A stretch of DNA of 64,000 bases from Aulosira sp. ZfuVER01 (GCA_034530615.2 JAVRCV020000052.1:192001-256000), one strand, 5' to 3'. Shown: positions 18,609-29,577, counted from the first letter of the stretch. The notes: generated from the letters alone by a model not told the origin. Program-made: numbers and translations.

Positions 18609-20624
18609 TTACTCAGGCAAATGCCAAATTTTAATAATATTCTCAGCACTACCACCACTAGCAATTGTCTTACCATCTGGACTAGTTGCTACAGAATAAA
18701 TATAACCAGAATCTCGTTTTAAAGTGCGGATTTCTTTGCCTGTTATTGTATCCCATAATTTGATTGTATTGTCACTGCTACCACTAACAAGGGTTGTACT
18801 GCTCAATGTTTTGCTAGCTCCTACTTTTGGTAAATAAGCAACAGAATTCACTTTGTCAGTATGACCTTTTAATGTGCGAATTGTCTCTCCCGTTACCATA
18901 TTCCACAATTTAATTGTTTTGTCCTTGCTCCCACTAGCAAGAGTCATACCATCTGGGCTAAAAGCAACAGAAAGAATTAATTGAGAATGTCCGACAAAGG
19001 TGCGAATTTCCTTTCCTGTCGCCACATTCCACAGTTTAATTTTCTTGTCCCAACTACCACTAGCAAGGGTAATACCATCCGGACTAAAAGCGATCGCAGA
19101 AACTGCTTGAGAATTTCCCGTCAAGGTGCGACTTACCTTGCCAGTTGACAGATTCCACAATTTAATCTTCTTGTCTAAACTGGCACTAGCTAAGGTTTTA
19201 CCATCGGGACTAAAAGCGATCGCAGTAATTCCATCAGTATGCTCTTTTAATGTCCGAATTTCTTTTCCAGTTGAAACATTCCACAGTTTGATAGTCTTAT
19301 CTGCACTACCACTAGCTAAGGTTTTGCCATCTGGACTAAAGGCGACAGTCCAAATCCATTGAGAATGTCCTTTGAGAGTCCGGATTTCCTTTTGAGTTCC
19401 CAGATTCCAAAGTTTAATTGTATTGTCGTCACTACCACTAGCCAGGGTAACACCATCAGCAGCGAAGGCGACAGAATTCACATCGCTGGAATGTCCCTTC
19501 AAGGTATAGGGTTGCTCGGAATTTTCTTTAGTGTTTGCAGGCTGATTGGGGTTAGAGAATGTAAATAGTACTTGGGAGCGAGATTGTAAATACCAAATTC
19601 CTCCTAATCCCAACAGAAAAATAGCTGCACTGGTTAGCAATCGTTTTTTAGAATATGGTATTTGGGTAGTTGATGAGGTTGGAAGTACAGTTGGGAGCGA
19701 TGCTGCTAATGCTTTCTGAGTTGTCAAGTCTTGGATAACTTCATCAGCAGATTTATAACGCTTATGAATATCTGTTGTTAACAACTTGTTCAGAATTCGA
19801 TCTAAATTTACATCTAAGGGGACTCCATGCCTATTCTCATTACTTACATATTGCTGCCAAGAATTAACCCAACTATAGCCATTTTGCATCCAAAGTTGAG
19901 ATGGGCGAATCCTCGTCAATAAATGAAAGCAAGTTGCACCTAAACTAAATAAATCGCTCGATGGATACGTTTTACCATCCTGCATTTGTTCAATAGGAGT
20001 ATAACCATGCGAGCCAATAGTCGTCCCAATTTGAGTATGTACTGCTGCTGTTAGCTGCTTTGAAGAACCAAAATCAATTAACACTAATCGCCCATCACTT
20101 TGACGGCGAATAATATTTTGTGGCTTGATATCGCGATGAATAACTCCACGATCGTGGATAAATTGTAGAACAGGAAGTAAATCTAACAAAAGTTCAATAA
20201 TTTTACTTTCGTTGTAGATTACACCTTTTTGTAATTCTTGTTGTAAGTTCTGTCCATTGATATACTGCTGGACTAAAAATAGATAATTGTCTTGTTCAAA
20301 GTAAGCTAAAAGTGTAGGAATTTGCGGATGCTCTCCTAACTTTTGCAGTTGTTTCGCCTCTTCTTTAAATAGCTCAACAGCCTTCTTCAATGCAGAGGTT
20401 TCCTGTATTTTTGGTGCGAATTGTTTAACTACACACCATTCATTTAGCTTATCCGCATCTTCCGCTAGATAGGTTCTACCAAATCCGCCTTCATCAGAAA
20501 GCACTTTAATGACACGGTAACGTCCTCGCAAAAGTTCTATCAATGGTGTGTTGCAACTCTGACAAACTTTGTTTCTGTCAGGGTTTTGAGGACTGAGGCA
20601 ATCGGGATTCAGGCAGCAGCGCAT
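18609..20624 (-). CDS. Ser/Thr protein kinase with 4-Cys prefix, TM helix and 7 WD40 repeats
   Basis: CCLNPDC...CQSC; EGGFGRTY, HRDIKPQN, LIDFG; GH..SVAFSPDG.TLASGS.D.TIKLW repeats. Confidence 0.93.
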   Translation of the reverse strand: MRCCLNPDCLSPQNPDRNKVCQSCNTPLIELLRGRYRVIKVLSDEGGFGRTYLAEDADKLNEWCVVKQFAPKIQETSALKKAVELFKEEAKQLQKLGEHPQIPTLLAYFEQDNYLFLVQQYINGQNLQQELQKGVIYNESKIIELLLDLLPVLQFIHDRGVIHRDIKPQNIIRRQSDGRLVLIDFGSSKQLTAAVHTQIGTTIGSHGYTPIEQMQDGKTYPSSDLFSLGATCFHLLTRIRPSQLWMQNGYSWVNSWQQYVSNENRHGVPLDVNLDRILNKLLTTDIHKRYKSADEVIQDLTTQKALAASLPTVLPTSSTTQIPYSKKRLLTSAAIFLLGLGGIWYLQSRSQVLFTFSNPNQPANTKENSEQPYTLKGHSSDVNSVAFAADGVTLASGSDDNTIKLWNLGTQKEIRTLKGHSQWIWTVAFSPDGKTLASGSADKTIKLWNVSTGKEIRTLKEHTDGITAIAFSPDGKTLASASLDKKIKLWNLSTGKVSRTLTGNSQAVSAIAFSPDGITLASGSWDKKIKLWNVATGKEIRTFVGHSQLILSVAFSPDGMTLASGSKDKTIKLWNMVTGETIRTLKGHTDKVNSVAYLPKVGASKTLSSTTLVSGSSDNTIKLWDTITGKEIRTLKRDSGYIYSVATSPDGKTIASGGSAENIIKIWHLPE

Positions 20625-21078
20625 ACTGGGAATCCATCTGCAATGTGTGTATATATTAATTCATGACACATAATTTTGCCATAAGGTTGTAAGTCAATGA
20701 TTATTTTGCATCAGGAAATTAATCTACAAGTAACTCAACAATTTAAAATTAAAAATAAATTCTCCTTAAGAGCGATCGCCAGCAGCATCTTTTCTGCTTA
20801 GGTGGCTCATTTTATATGAGCTATGTACTCTTAATAATTCAGGGCTAAAAAAACTTTGATCGCATCCCGCTATAGATACAGATAAATTGGTGAACGTTAC
20901 TACCCTATGGAAATATCCCGTCTGGGTGACTACGCTCAAATTTAAAATGCAAAATTTCTCCGTAAAATTTTCCTTATTAGGGAAACTAAGGCTACTAGCT
21001 ATAAGTCGGAGAATAGCAAGAGACTAGTGGCTCCTACTAATAAATTTTTGCAAACTTCATAAAAGTTGAGGAGTGATT

Positions 21079-22335
21079 ATGGTATCAGAAAAAAACAATA
21101 AAAAATCTCTTTTTCGATCTAACTTTTCGGTTATTTTTTCCCTAGGCAGTAGTTTGTTAATTGGTAGTTATTCTGTGCCTATCAGTGCTTTAGAAATACC
21201 AGAATACCTGGGACAGTTTACCATTGCCAAAACACCAGATGAGAGACAACCAGAAGCTGTAGAACAAGGAATTGAGCAAATTCCTACTTCTCAACCGCCT
21301 GTAGCTCCACAACGTACCCAACCTATCGATTCACCTCTACCGCCACGTGTACCGTCCGCAACTACAAATGCTCAACCAGCGCCAAGTTCTAGACCATCCC
21401 GACCTGTAGAGACTGAACCCGAACCAAGTCCCAGACCATCCAGACCTGTAGAAACTGAACCAGCACCAAGTCCCAGACCATCCCGACCTGTAGAGACTGA
21501 GCCAGCGCCAAGTCCCAGACCCTCTAGACCTGTAAATAATGGTTCTGCTCGTCCACGCCAGGGAGGTTATCAACCAACGACTCAACCACGTATAGGTAAA
21601 CCAACTCGTGAGGCTTCACCTGTTTCACCACCGCTAAATTTGAATTACAAGCCAATTAACTTTGTAGATTTCGCCTTCGGTATTCTAGGCAAGGGTGATT
21701 TCAAATCTCAAGGTAGGTATTATCATTTCTACCAATTTGAAGGCAGAGAAAATCAACTGATCCAAATTAGGCTTGGTGGTAGTACTGATACACGCCAATC
21801 AAATAACCTAAGTCTCAATCCCTATATGTTTCTGCTTGACCCGGATAATAACGTGATTGTGAAGCGAGGCAGTACGCAGACAACAGGTGGGATTAAAGAT
21901 GCATTTGTATTTGTTAGATTACCTGTTCAAGGTACTTACACGATCGCAGTCACTAGCCGCAACCCAGGTGATACAGGTCGTTATAGTTTAGCACTGAGGA
22001 ACGATCGAGCCAGCTACGTTCTAGACGAATCCGCCGAACTAACCGCCCAAAGCCTTACCCTCAAACAAAATAAAAGTCCCTACGATGTCTCTAAGTTTGA
22101 GGGCAAAAAAGATCAGCTGGTGAGCATTCGTGTAGATAGTGAGTTTGAAGAGTTTTCGCCTTACATAGTTTTATTAAATTCTCAAGGTAAGATTATTGCT
22201 GCGGATAATGCCAAAGATGGTAAGTACAGCGCTCTAATTGACCGCGCCAGATTGCCTGGAGATGATACTTACTATGTAGTGGTTACTTCCAATAACCCAC
22301 AAGAACGCGGCAGATATCGATTAACTCTCTACTAA
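21079..22335 (+). CDS. Secreted protein with Pro-rich repeats and two PPC (pre-peptidase C-terminal) domains
   Basis: ATG at 21079 after GAGGAG; signal-like N-terminus; two YQFEG/FEGK..Q.I.I ... LP..GTY.I.VTS modules. Confidence 0.8.
   Translation: MVSEKNNKKSLFRSNFSVIFSLGSSLLIGSYSVPISALEIPEYLGQFTIAKTPDERQPEAVEQGIEQIPTSQPPVAPQRTQPIDSPLPPRVPSATTNAQPAPSSRPSRPVETEPEPSPRPSRPVETEPAPSPRPSRPVETEPAPSPRPSRPVNNGSARPRQGGYQPTTQPRIGKPTREASPVSPPLNLNYKPINFVDFAFGILGKGDFKSQGRYYHFYQFEGRENQLIQIRLGGSTDTRQSNNLSLNPYMFLLDPDNNVIVKRGSTQTTGGIKDAFVFVRLPVQGTYTIAVTSRNPGDTGRYSLALRNDRASYVLDESAELTAQSLTLKQNKSPYDVSKFEGKKDQLVSIRVDSEFEEFSPYIVLLNSQGKIIAADNAKDGKYSALIDRARLPGDDTYYVVVTSNNPQERGRYRLTLY
21376..21534 (+). repeat. Intragenic 42-bp tandem repeat (about 3.8 copies)
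   Basis: Encodes P(A/E)PS(S/P)RPSRPVETE; copies differ mostly at synonymous positions. Confidence 0.9.
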
Positions 22336-22450
22336 CATGGGGCATGGGGCATGGGGCATTGGGCATTAGTTCTTTCCCCCTCATCTCCCTTGTCCCATTT
22401 CTCCCCACACTCCCCACACTCCCCACACTCCCTTGTCCCCCTCATCCCCC
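22336..22450. repeat. STRR repeats
   Basis: (CATGGGG)n followed by (CTCCCCACA)n / CCCTTGTCC. Confidence 0.8.
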
Positions 22451-23962
22451 CAAACCCCAATCCGTCTTTCACTCGCAGCTATCGTGCTGTGGAGTATGAA
22501 TTTAGGAGGAGTCGCGCTACGAGATTGGGATGAGGGTTACTATGCGCTTGTGGCTCGTCAGATGTATCGTTCTGGCGATTGGCTCTATCCGCTACTAAAT
22601 GGACAGCCTTTTGATAAGCCTCCTTTAGGGGAATGGCTAATTGCTGCTAGCTACTCGCTACTAGGTATTAGTGAACTGACAACCCGCTTACCTTTGGCGT
22701 TAATTAGTGCTTGTGGTGTTCCCCTACTGTACTGGATAGGGAAAGAAATTTTTGCAACACAGTTGAGTGCGGTTTTTTCGGCTTTAGTTTATCTAACTTT
22801 GCTTCCCATTCTTAGACATGGACGCTTGGCTATGCATGATGGGATGACTGTGACGTTATTTTTGCTACTGATGCTTGGGCTGCTGAAATCTCGTCAGCAT
22901 CAACTGTGGGCAATAATTCCCGGTGTGGCGTTTGGGCTACTGATTTTAGCTAGGGGAGAAATGGCATTTGTGTTGGGAGCGATCGCTCTTTTATTCTTAG
23001 TAATAGATAGACGACTCTCGCTATTCAAAAATCCTTACCTCTGGATTGGTTTAGTAGCAGGGATTGTACCTGCGATCGCTTGGTATGTAGCCCAAGGACA
23101 ACAGTATGGGGCAGAGTTTTGGCAAGGTCGTTTTTTTGGGCCTTTGGTACAAAGGATTTGGCAACCGTTTCACAATCATGATGGCCCTCCTTGGTACTAC
23201 TTAGTAGAGCTACTGAAATATAGTTTTCCTTGGTTAATTTTCTTACCCAATGGTTTGGCGTTGGCATGGCAGCAACGTCATAGTAGCTGGGGACGATTAA
23301 CGTTGGTGGGAATGGTGGTTTATGGGCTGACGATTTCTGTGATGCGCACTAAGTTACCTTGGTATATTATGCCCATTTACCCCTTTGTGGCTTTAGCCGT
23401 AGGTGCAAAACTTGCCGCAGTTTGGCAGAACCCTAAACCTTATCCCAGTGCTTGGAAGTGGCTATTTGGTTTAGCGGCGTTGGTTGGGAGTGGAGGCTGT
23501 CTTTATTTTATTTTCAGTAATCAAGTAGCGCTGCTTCCTTTAGGAATTGCACTGACACTCGTCTTTAGCTATACAGTCTGGTTAATAACCAAGCAAAATC
23601 GCCAATTTATTGTGGTTTTATTTGCAGGTGTCTACTTGATTTTAGGAATATTTGTGAATTCTTCAGTTTGGGTGTGGGAATTGAATGAAGCTTTTGCTGT
23701 GAAGCCTGTTGCAGCTTTGCTACAACAAAACACCCCAAAAGATGCTGTTATCTACACATCTTTTGCCTATGGTCGTCCTAGTTTAGATTTTTACAGCGAT
23801 CGTCAAGTTAAAAGCGCAACTAGTGCAGAACTACAAACTCAATGGACAAAAAAATCTTACCTGCTATTAGATCGAGCAACACTCAATTCTCTGCAACTAC
23901 CTAACAGCAAAACTCTAGGTACAGCAGAAGGATTTAGCTTAATTGCTCCCAGTAGGAATTAA
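22433..23962 (+). CDS. ArnT/PMT-family (GT83/GT39) membrane glycosyltransferase (start uncertain)
   Basis: LRDWDEGYYA, PFDKPPL, TTRLP, GRLAMHDG, KLPWYIMPIYP; many TM segments. Confidence 0.85.
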   Translation: MSPSSPQTPIRLSLAAIVLWSMNLGGVALRDWDEGYYALVARQMYRSGDWLYPLLNGQPFDKPPLGEWLIAASYSLLGISELTTRLPLALISACGVPLLYWIGKEIFATQLSAVFSALVYLTLLPILRHGRLAMHDGMTVTLFLLLMLGLLKSRQHQLWAIIPGVAFGLLILARGEMAFVLGAIALLFLVIDRRLSLFKNPYLWIGLVAGIVPAIAWYVAQGQQYGAEFWQGRFFGPLVQRIWQPFHNHDGPPWYYLVELLKYSFPWLIFLPNGLALAWQQRHSSWGRLTLVGMVVYGLTISVMRTKLPWYIMPIYPFVALAVGAKLAAVWQNPKPYPSAWKWLFGLAALVGSGGCLYFIFSNQVALLPLGIALTLVFSYTVWLITKQNRQFIVVLFAGVYLILGIFVNSSVWVWELNEAFAVKPVAALLQQNTPKDAVIYTSFAYGRPSLDFYSDRQVKSATSAELQTQWTKKSYLLLDRATLNSLQLPNSKTLGTAEGFSLIAPSRN

Positions 23963-24014
23963 GCAAGAGTCAAAAGGCATTGGACATTGGTGATTTCTCC
24001 GCGTCTCCCTTGTC

Positions 24015-24058
24015 ACGCCACTTGCTTTAAGCCGGGAAACCCGTCCAACGCAGTGGCT
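24015..24058 (-). mobile_element. 44-nt structured small dispersed repeat
   Basis: Reverse complement AGCCACTGCGTTGGACGGGTTTCCCGGCTTAAAGCAAGTGGCGT inside a CCTTGTC STRR tract. Confidence 0.8.
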
Positions 24059-24082
24059 CCTCCTTGTCCTCTACTCCCTACC

Positions 24083-25126
24083 TCATCCCCCCTGTTTCCC
24101 ATCTGATAGCGCCACTGGCCAGACTCTGATAGTGCGATCCTTACTAGCGCTAACAATATTATTACCATTAGGGTTGAAGGCAACAGCCCAAATCCTACTG
24201 GTATGGCCGTCGAAGCGGCGGATTTCCTGTTTCTGAGACACATTCCACAGTCTAACAGTGCCATCCCACCCACCACTGGCCAAGGTTTTACCATCGGGGC
24301 TGAAGGCTACCGACCAAACTCTGGTTTTATCTCCCTTGAAGGTAGTAATTTCTCTTCCTGTAGCCAGGTTCCACAATTTGATCGTGCCGTCCCAACTTCC
24401 ACTGGCAAGGGTTTTACCATCGGGACTAATAGTTACAGAATTCACTACACCTTGATGACCTATTAAAGTGCGTGTGATTTTTCCAGTTGACAAATCCCAC
24501 AGTTTGATATTTTTATCAAATTGATTGCTACTGGCAAGAGTATTGCCATCTGGGCTAAAAGCTACAGAATTAAAAATATCGCACTGTCCTTTAAGGGTGC
24601 GGATGACTTCTCCGGTAGTAAAATTCCAGATTTTGATGGTCTGATCCCAACTACTACTAGCTAGAGTAGTGCCATCCGGGCTAAAGGCTATAGACTGAAC
24701 CGAGAGTAAATGTCCTTTGAGAGTACGTATTTCCTCTCCCGTAGCCAGATCCCACAATTTGACAGTTTTATCTAAACTACCACTGGCAAGAGTTTTACCA
24801 TCTGGGCTAAAAGCTAAAGTATTCACCCAATTGGTATGTCCTTTGAGGCTGCGGAGTTCCTGTCCAGTACTCAAATTCCACAGTTTGATATTATTGTCTG
24901 TACTGACACTTGCAAGGGTATTGCCATCCGGGCTAATGGCTACAGCCCTAACTGAGCCAGGATGCCCTCTGAGAGTTAAGGCATCGGATGCTAGTTGATT
25001 GGGAGAATATGTCTCACCAGTTGCAGCTAAGGGAAATTGCGAAGACAAAACGCCCCCAAATCCTAACGCCAGGAAAATTGTGGCTGTTAAGACTCTAATT
25101 TTTGAGTTGATGAGATTTACAGACAT
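24083..25126 (-). CDS. WD40-repeat protein with N-terminal signal/TM segment
   Basis: RVLTATIFLALGFGGVL followed by seven WD40 repeats. Confidence 0.88.
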   Translation of the reverse strand: MSVNLINSKIRVLTATIFLALGFGGVLSSQFPLAATGETYSPNQLASDALTLRGHPGSVRAVAISPDGNTLASVSTDNNIKLWNLSTGQELRSLKGHTNWVNTLAFSPDGKTLASGSLDKTVKLWDLATGEEIRTLKGHLLSVQSIAFSPDGTTLASSSWDQTIKIWNFTTGEVIRTLKGQCDIFNSVAFSPDGNTLASSNQFDKNIKLWDLSTGKITRTLIGHQGVVNSVTISPDGKTLASGSWDGTIKLWNLATGREITTFKGDKTRVWSVAFSPDGKTLASGGWDGTVRLWNVSQKQEIRRFDGHTSRIWAVAFNPNGNNIVSASKDRTIRVWPVALSDGKQGG

Positions 25127-25234
25127 CGCATATCCCCCAGTAGCATCACCCTAATGCTGCATAACATAGCAAGCATTTTAGATACAATTACTGATATGTA
25201 ATAAAATAAAATTATAATTCCTTTACAAAGTTTT

Positions 25235-27271
25235 CTAACTTGATAAATACCAAATCTTAATAGTGTTGTCCTCACTACCACTGATGAGGGTTTTACCATC
25301 AGGGCTAATGCTGAGGGAAGTTACAGTGTTGGTATGTCCAGTTAATGTTAAAAATTCTTCTCCTGTAAATAAATTCCATAATTTGATTGTGCGATCGCGA
25401 CTGCCACTAGCAAGGGTCTGACCATCAGGGCTAATAGCCAAAGATGTAACTGTGGTGTCATGACCAATGAGTGTGCGAATTTCTTTACCTGTAGATAAAT
25501 TCCACAGTTTAATTATGCGATCGCGGTTGGCACTGGCAAGGGTTCTACCATCAGGACTGATAGCTAGAGCAGTAATCGTTTTGTCATCCCCTTTCAAGGT
25601 GCGAATTGCGTATCCTTTAGATAAATTCCACAGTTTAATAGTTTTATCAAAACTCCCGCTAGCCAGAATTTTACCATCTGGACTAATAGCCATTGACCGC
25701 ACCCAGAATTCATGCCCCGCCAAGGTACGGAGATGCTCTCCTGTTTCTAGGTTCCAAACTTTGATTGTGTTGTCATCACTACCGCTAGCAAGGGTGGTAC
25801 CATCTGGGCTAATTACTAGAGTATGAACTGAGTCAGAATGCCCGATTAAGGTGTGAATGACTTTACCTGTAGATAAATTCCAAACTTTAATAGTGTTGTC
25901 ATCACTACCACTCACGAGAGTTTTACCATTAGGGCTGATAGCTACGACATTTACTCTTTGGGTGTGGCCGTTTAAAGTGAAAATTTCTTTTCCCGTTGCT
26001 ATATCCCATAATTTAATTGTGCGATCGCTATTGCTAGCGAATAACCTACCATCAGGACTAATAGCAACAGACAAAATCCCATTTTCATGTCCTTGAAGGG
26101 TATTAGCTAAGGAAATTTTCCTCAAGGTCATCTTTGGCTGCTGACCCAAAACTGCTTCACTGTTACGTGAATGATTATTCTGTTGACTCAGGCGAGACAA
26201 TAAACTGTTTTGCAGTCGGTGAAATTGTTTATACCAAGAGTCTCCAAATCCAAATAATAAAATAGCAGCAGATGCCAAGATCAGCAGTCTCAAGAAATTA
26301 TATTTTTTTGGTAAATGTTGTGTCTGAGTTTTTGGGGCTTTCCCAGAAAATTTACTTCCTGGTAACAGACGTAGTGGTTGTTTTTGTGACAAATCTTTGA
26401 TGACTTCATCTACTGTTTGATAGCGGTAGCGGATATCTTTTTGCAACAGCTTATCGAGTATCCGATCTAATTCCGCATCCAGTGGTTTGCGCAAATATTG
26501 TCGCCAATTTGTCACCCAAGAATATCCATGTTCTGTCCACAACTGAAAGGGAGAAATTCCCGTCAATAGATGAAAGCAGGTAGTTCCCAAGCCAAATAAA
26601 TCGCTAGCTGGATAAGCTTTACCATCTCTAATCTGTTCAATTGGGGAGTAACCATGAGAACCAATAGAAGTACCAATTTTATTTTGTACTCTTGCTGTTA
26701 ATTGCTTAGAGGAGCCAAAATCTATCAAGCATAAGCGTCCATCACTGTGACGGCGGATAATATTTTCCGGCTTGAGATCTCGGTGAATGACTCCGCGATC
26801 GTGAATGAATTTGAGGATCGGGAGCAAATCGCTCAAAATAGATTGAATCTCCTTCTCCTTATAGGTCTTGCGTTTTTGCAACTCCGTTAACAAATTCTCC
26901 CCATTGATAAACTGCTGCACTAAATATAGGCAGTGGTCTTGCTCAAAGTAAGCTAAGAGAGTCGGAATTTGCGGATGTTCTCCGAGTTGTTGCAGTCGTT
27001 TGGCTTCTTCAGCAAATAACTCCATCGCTTTTTTCTGCGACCAAGTTCCTTGAAACTTTGGAGCTAATTGTTTGACTACGCAGCGTTCGTGTAGTTTATC
27101 TACATCTTGTGATAAATAGGTTCTGCCAAATCCCCCCTCATCGGAAAGCACGCGAATAACACGGAAGCGATTTCTTAACAGTCCTAGGAGTGGGGTATTA
27201 CAGGCTTGGCAAAACTTATTTTCATCGGAATTTAGTGGATTTGAACAATCGGGATTTAAGCAGCAGATCAT
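25235..27271 (-). CDS. Ser/Thr protein kinase with 4-Cys prefix, TM helix and WD40 repeats
   Basis: Likely start MICCLNPDC (27271), matching the paralogue at 20624; HRDLKPEN, LIDFG, WD40 repeats. Confidence 0.93.
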   Translation of the reverse strand: MICCLNPDCSNPLNSDENKFCQACNTPLLGLLRNRFRVIRVLSDEGGFGRTYLSQDVDKLHERCVVKQLAPKFQGTWSQKKAMELFAEEAKRLQQLGEHPQIPTLLAYFEQDHCLYLVQQFINGENLLTELQKRKTYKEKEIQSILSDLLPILKFIHDRGVIHRDLKPENIIRRHSDGRLCLIDFGSSKQLTARVQNKIGTSIGSHGYSPIEQIRDGKAYPASDLFGLGTTCFHLLTGISPFQLWTEHGYSWVTNWRQYLRKPLDAELDRILDKLLQKDIRYRYQTVDEVIKDLSQKQPLRLLPGSKFSGKAPKTQTQHLPKKYNFLRLLILASAAILLFGFGDSWYKQFHRLQNSLLSRLSQQNNHSRNSEAVLGQQPKMTLRKISLANTLQGHENGILSVAISPDGRLFASNSDRTIKLWDIATGKEIFTLNGHTQRVNVVAISPNGKTLVSGSDDNTIKVWNLSTGKVIHTLIGHSDSVHTLVISPDGTTLASGSDDNTIKVWNLETGEHLRTLAGHEFWVRSMAISPDGKILASGSFDKTIKLWNLSKGYAIRTLKGDDKTITALAISPDGRTLASANRDRIIKLWNLSTGKEIRTLIGHDTTVTSLAISPDGQTLASGSRDRTIKLWNLFTGEEFLTLTGHTNTVTSLSISPDGKTLISGSEDNTIKIWYLSS

Positions 27272-27647
27272 GATTTGACAGGCGCTACTGCATGACAAAT
27301 TATGCTAAGTTTTACCCGTAATTTCCCTAATTATCAGACTAGCTCTGGTGTACTTTTGGTAGAAAAATCCCTGTGTTTGGGAATGGGGATTACTTAATAT
27401 AGTCAGCGTTTGTAGATTATAGTCAATTTTCCTCAATTAGGGGAAAATTACAAGAGCCAGTAGAATTATTTTCCGATTATATAATAATTTGATTTTAACG
27501 TCTTTAGTAAATCAGAATTTTAGTAAATTAGCTGGAATATAATTAATCAACAAATGTTTTAAACTTTACCAAAAATAAGTTATTTTTTTTACTACTAAAT
27601 ATATAGCTATTTTACAATCTAAAATCTAAAATTGTATAACTGTGTGG

Positions 27648-28691
27648 CTATTTACCCTGGAGTTTTGCTTTCCATTCTCGGATAGCGATCGCAGTTCTTT
27701 TGATAGAAGGTACGTATATATGAGGAATTTCTTCTTGGATATGAGTTTTAGTTTGGCGTGGTTGGCTAGTTAAACAGTGAGTCAAACTCGGCACATAGCT
27801 TTCCAAATCCAACGCTCTCATCACATCCTTTGCTGTCCTAAAACGCTCCTTTAAAGAAATCTTTACCATTCTGCCTAAAATCTGAGCAAAACTATCGCTG
27901 ACAGTAACCTCTTGTTGCCAGAGTATCTCACCAGTACTTGGGTCATAGTCAAATTCTAAAGGCCCTTTGCCTGTTAATAAATAAAGACAGGTGACACCGA
28001 GTGCATAAATATCGCTTGCATAAACTGGCCGCAAGGAAAACTGTTCTGGAGGTGCAAACCCCATCGTTCCGACAAAATTAGTACCCGCATTATTGCTATT
28101 TGAACGTTCACAAGCATCAGCTAGTTCCTCTTTCACCGCACCGAAATCAATCAGCACAAACCGCTGGTGATCTTCACAACGCAACAAGTTATGCGGCTTA
28201 ATATCCCGATGAATGACGTGATGTTGATGAAGATACTCTAAGACTGGTAATAATTCCTGTAAAAACTGTTTAACTGCGGCTTCATTTTTGGGGCCGGATT
28301 TTCTCACTTCCTGTGCCAAAGTAGATCCACGCACATACTCTTGAACTAAATAAAACTCTCCCTGGACTTCAAAGTAGTCTAAGAGCATAGGAATTTGCGG
28401 ATGATTACCTAGTGCGCCTAAAGCTTTTGCTTCTTTTTCAAAGCGCTGACAAGCTCTTTGCCAACTATTGATACTAGTTACTTGAGGACAAAGTTGCTTA
28501 ATTACACACAAAGGTTTACCAGGTAATACAGCATTTTTGGCTAAAAAGGTGATACCAAAACCACCTCTACCTAAAATTCTCAAAATTTCATAGCGATCGC
28601 GAAATCTTTCTGGAGAGCCGCACATCCGGCCAAGCTGAGTTTGCTGGATGCACTCGTGAAGATGTCTGATTTGTGGGGAAAATCGATTCAT
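27648..28691 (-). CDS. Ser/Thr protein kinase
   Basis: LGRGGFGITF, CVIKQL, HRDIKPHN, LIDFGAVK, GTMGFAPPEQ. Confidence 0.93.
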   Translation of the reverse strand: MNRFSPQIRHLHECIQQTQLGRMCGSPERFRDRYEILRILGRGGFGITFLAKNAVLPGKPLCVIKQLCPQVTSINSWQRACQRFEKEAKALGALGNHPQIPMLLDYFEVQGEFYLVQEYVRGSTLAQEVRKSGPKNEAAVKQFLQELLPVLEYLHQHHVIHRDIKPHNLLRCEDHQRFVLIDFGAVKEELADACERSNSNNAGTNFVGTMGFAPPEQFSLRPVYASDIYALGVTCLYLLTGKGPLEFDYDPSTGEILWQQEVTVSDSFAQILGRMVKISLKERFRTAKDVMRALDLESYVPSLTHCLTSQPRQTKTHIQEEIPHIYVPSIKRTAIAIREWKAKLQGK

Positions 28692-29025
28692 TGCTTCAGA
28701 ACGGCTACCTTTCTTGTCTTTAATTTAACCAGAAAGGCTCCTGAGTGGTAGTAGGATTACTACATCTTTGCTAAATCATGATTTTTCTCGTTATTTACAT
28801 AGAGAATTCCCAGTAAAAAATTCAAAAAGCTAGGAAAAATTGCTGCTAATAATATTGACTTGTAAATCTACTAATATAGCAAATTGCTATGTTAGTGTGA
28901 AGTATTAAATGAAATACGGGAATATACGGTTATCAATTTAAAAACTAGCGATCGCCCTCATACAGAAAGATTTAATTTGGGAAATATCTGAATTTAAGTC
29001 ATGTAATTGCATCTAGTAAAAAATA

Positions 29026-29577
29026 ATGGACAAATGGTTTTTTATCGATTGGCAAGCCATCTTTGTGCCTAGCATCAGTGTGCTGGAATTAGTTATTCGC
29101 GGGTCGCTGGTTTATCTGGCCCTGTTCTCAGTGCTACGCTTATTGCCTAGCCGACAGATGGGAACCCTAGGAATTACAGATTTATTGGTAGTTGTGCTAT
29201 TCGCTGAAGCTGCCCAAAATGCAATGGCGAGTAATTATACATCTATTACTGAAGGCGCTATCTTGGTAGGAACTGTAATTTTTTGGAGCTACTTGCTTAA
29301 CTGGTTGGGTTACAAACTTCCTCAGTTTCAGCGCTTTCTTAATCCACCGCCATTATTGCTGGTAAAAAATGGTCGCATAATTTATCGGCATCTAGAACGA
29401 GAACTGATAACAGAGGATGAGTTGATGAGTAAGTTACGCCAACAAAGTATCGAATATTTGGAAGATGTGAAGTTAGCATTTATGGAAGCTGACGGTAGCA
29501 TTAGTGTCATCACATCCGAATCTAAAACTAGTTCGATTGCTAAATCAGAAACTAAATCAAAAAGCGATCTGCCCTAA
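29026..29577 (+). CDS. DUF421 (YetF) membrane protein
   Basis: Three TM helices, PLLLVKNG, ITEDELMSKLRQQ, MEADGSISV. Confidence 0.85.
   Translation: MDKWFFIDWQAIFVPSISVLELVIRGSLVYLALFSVLRLLPSRQMGTLGITDLLVVVLFAEAAQNAMASNYTSITEGAILVGTVIFWSYLLNWLGYKLPQFQRFLNPPPLLLVKNGRIIYRHLERELITEDELMSKLRQQSIEYLEDVKLAFMEADGSISVITSESKTSSIAKSETKSKSDLP

Noticed and set aside
21376..21534. CRISPR-like array
   Set aside because: Head-to-tail 42-bp coding repeats with no unique spacers and no cas genes; no CRISPR array seen in the window.
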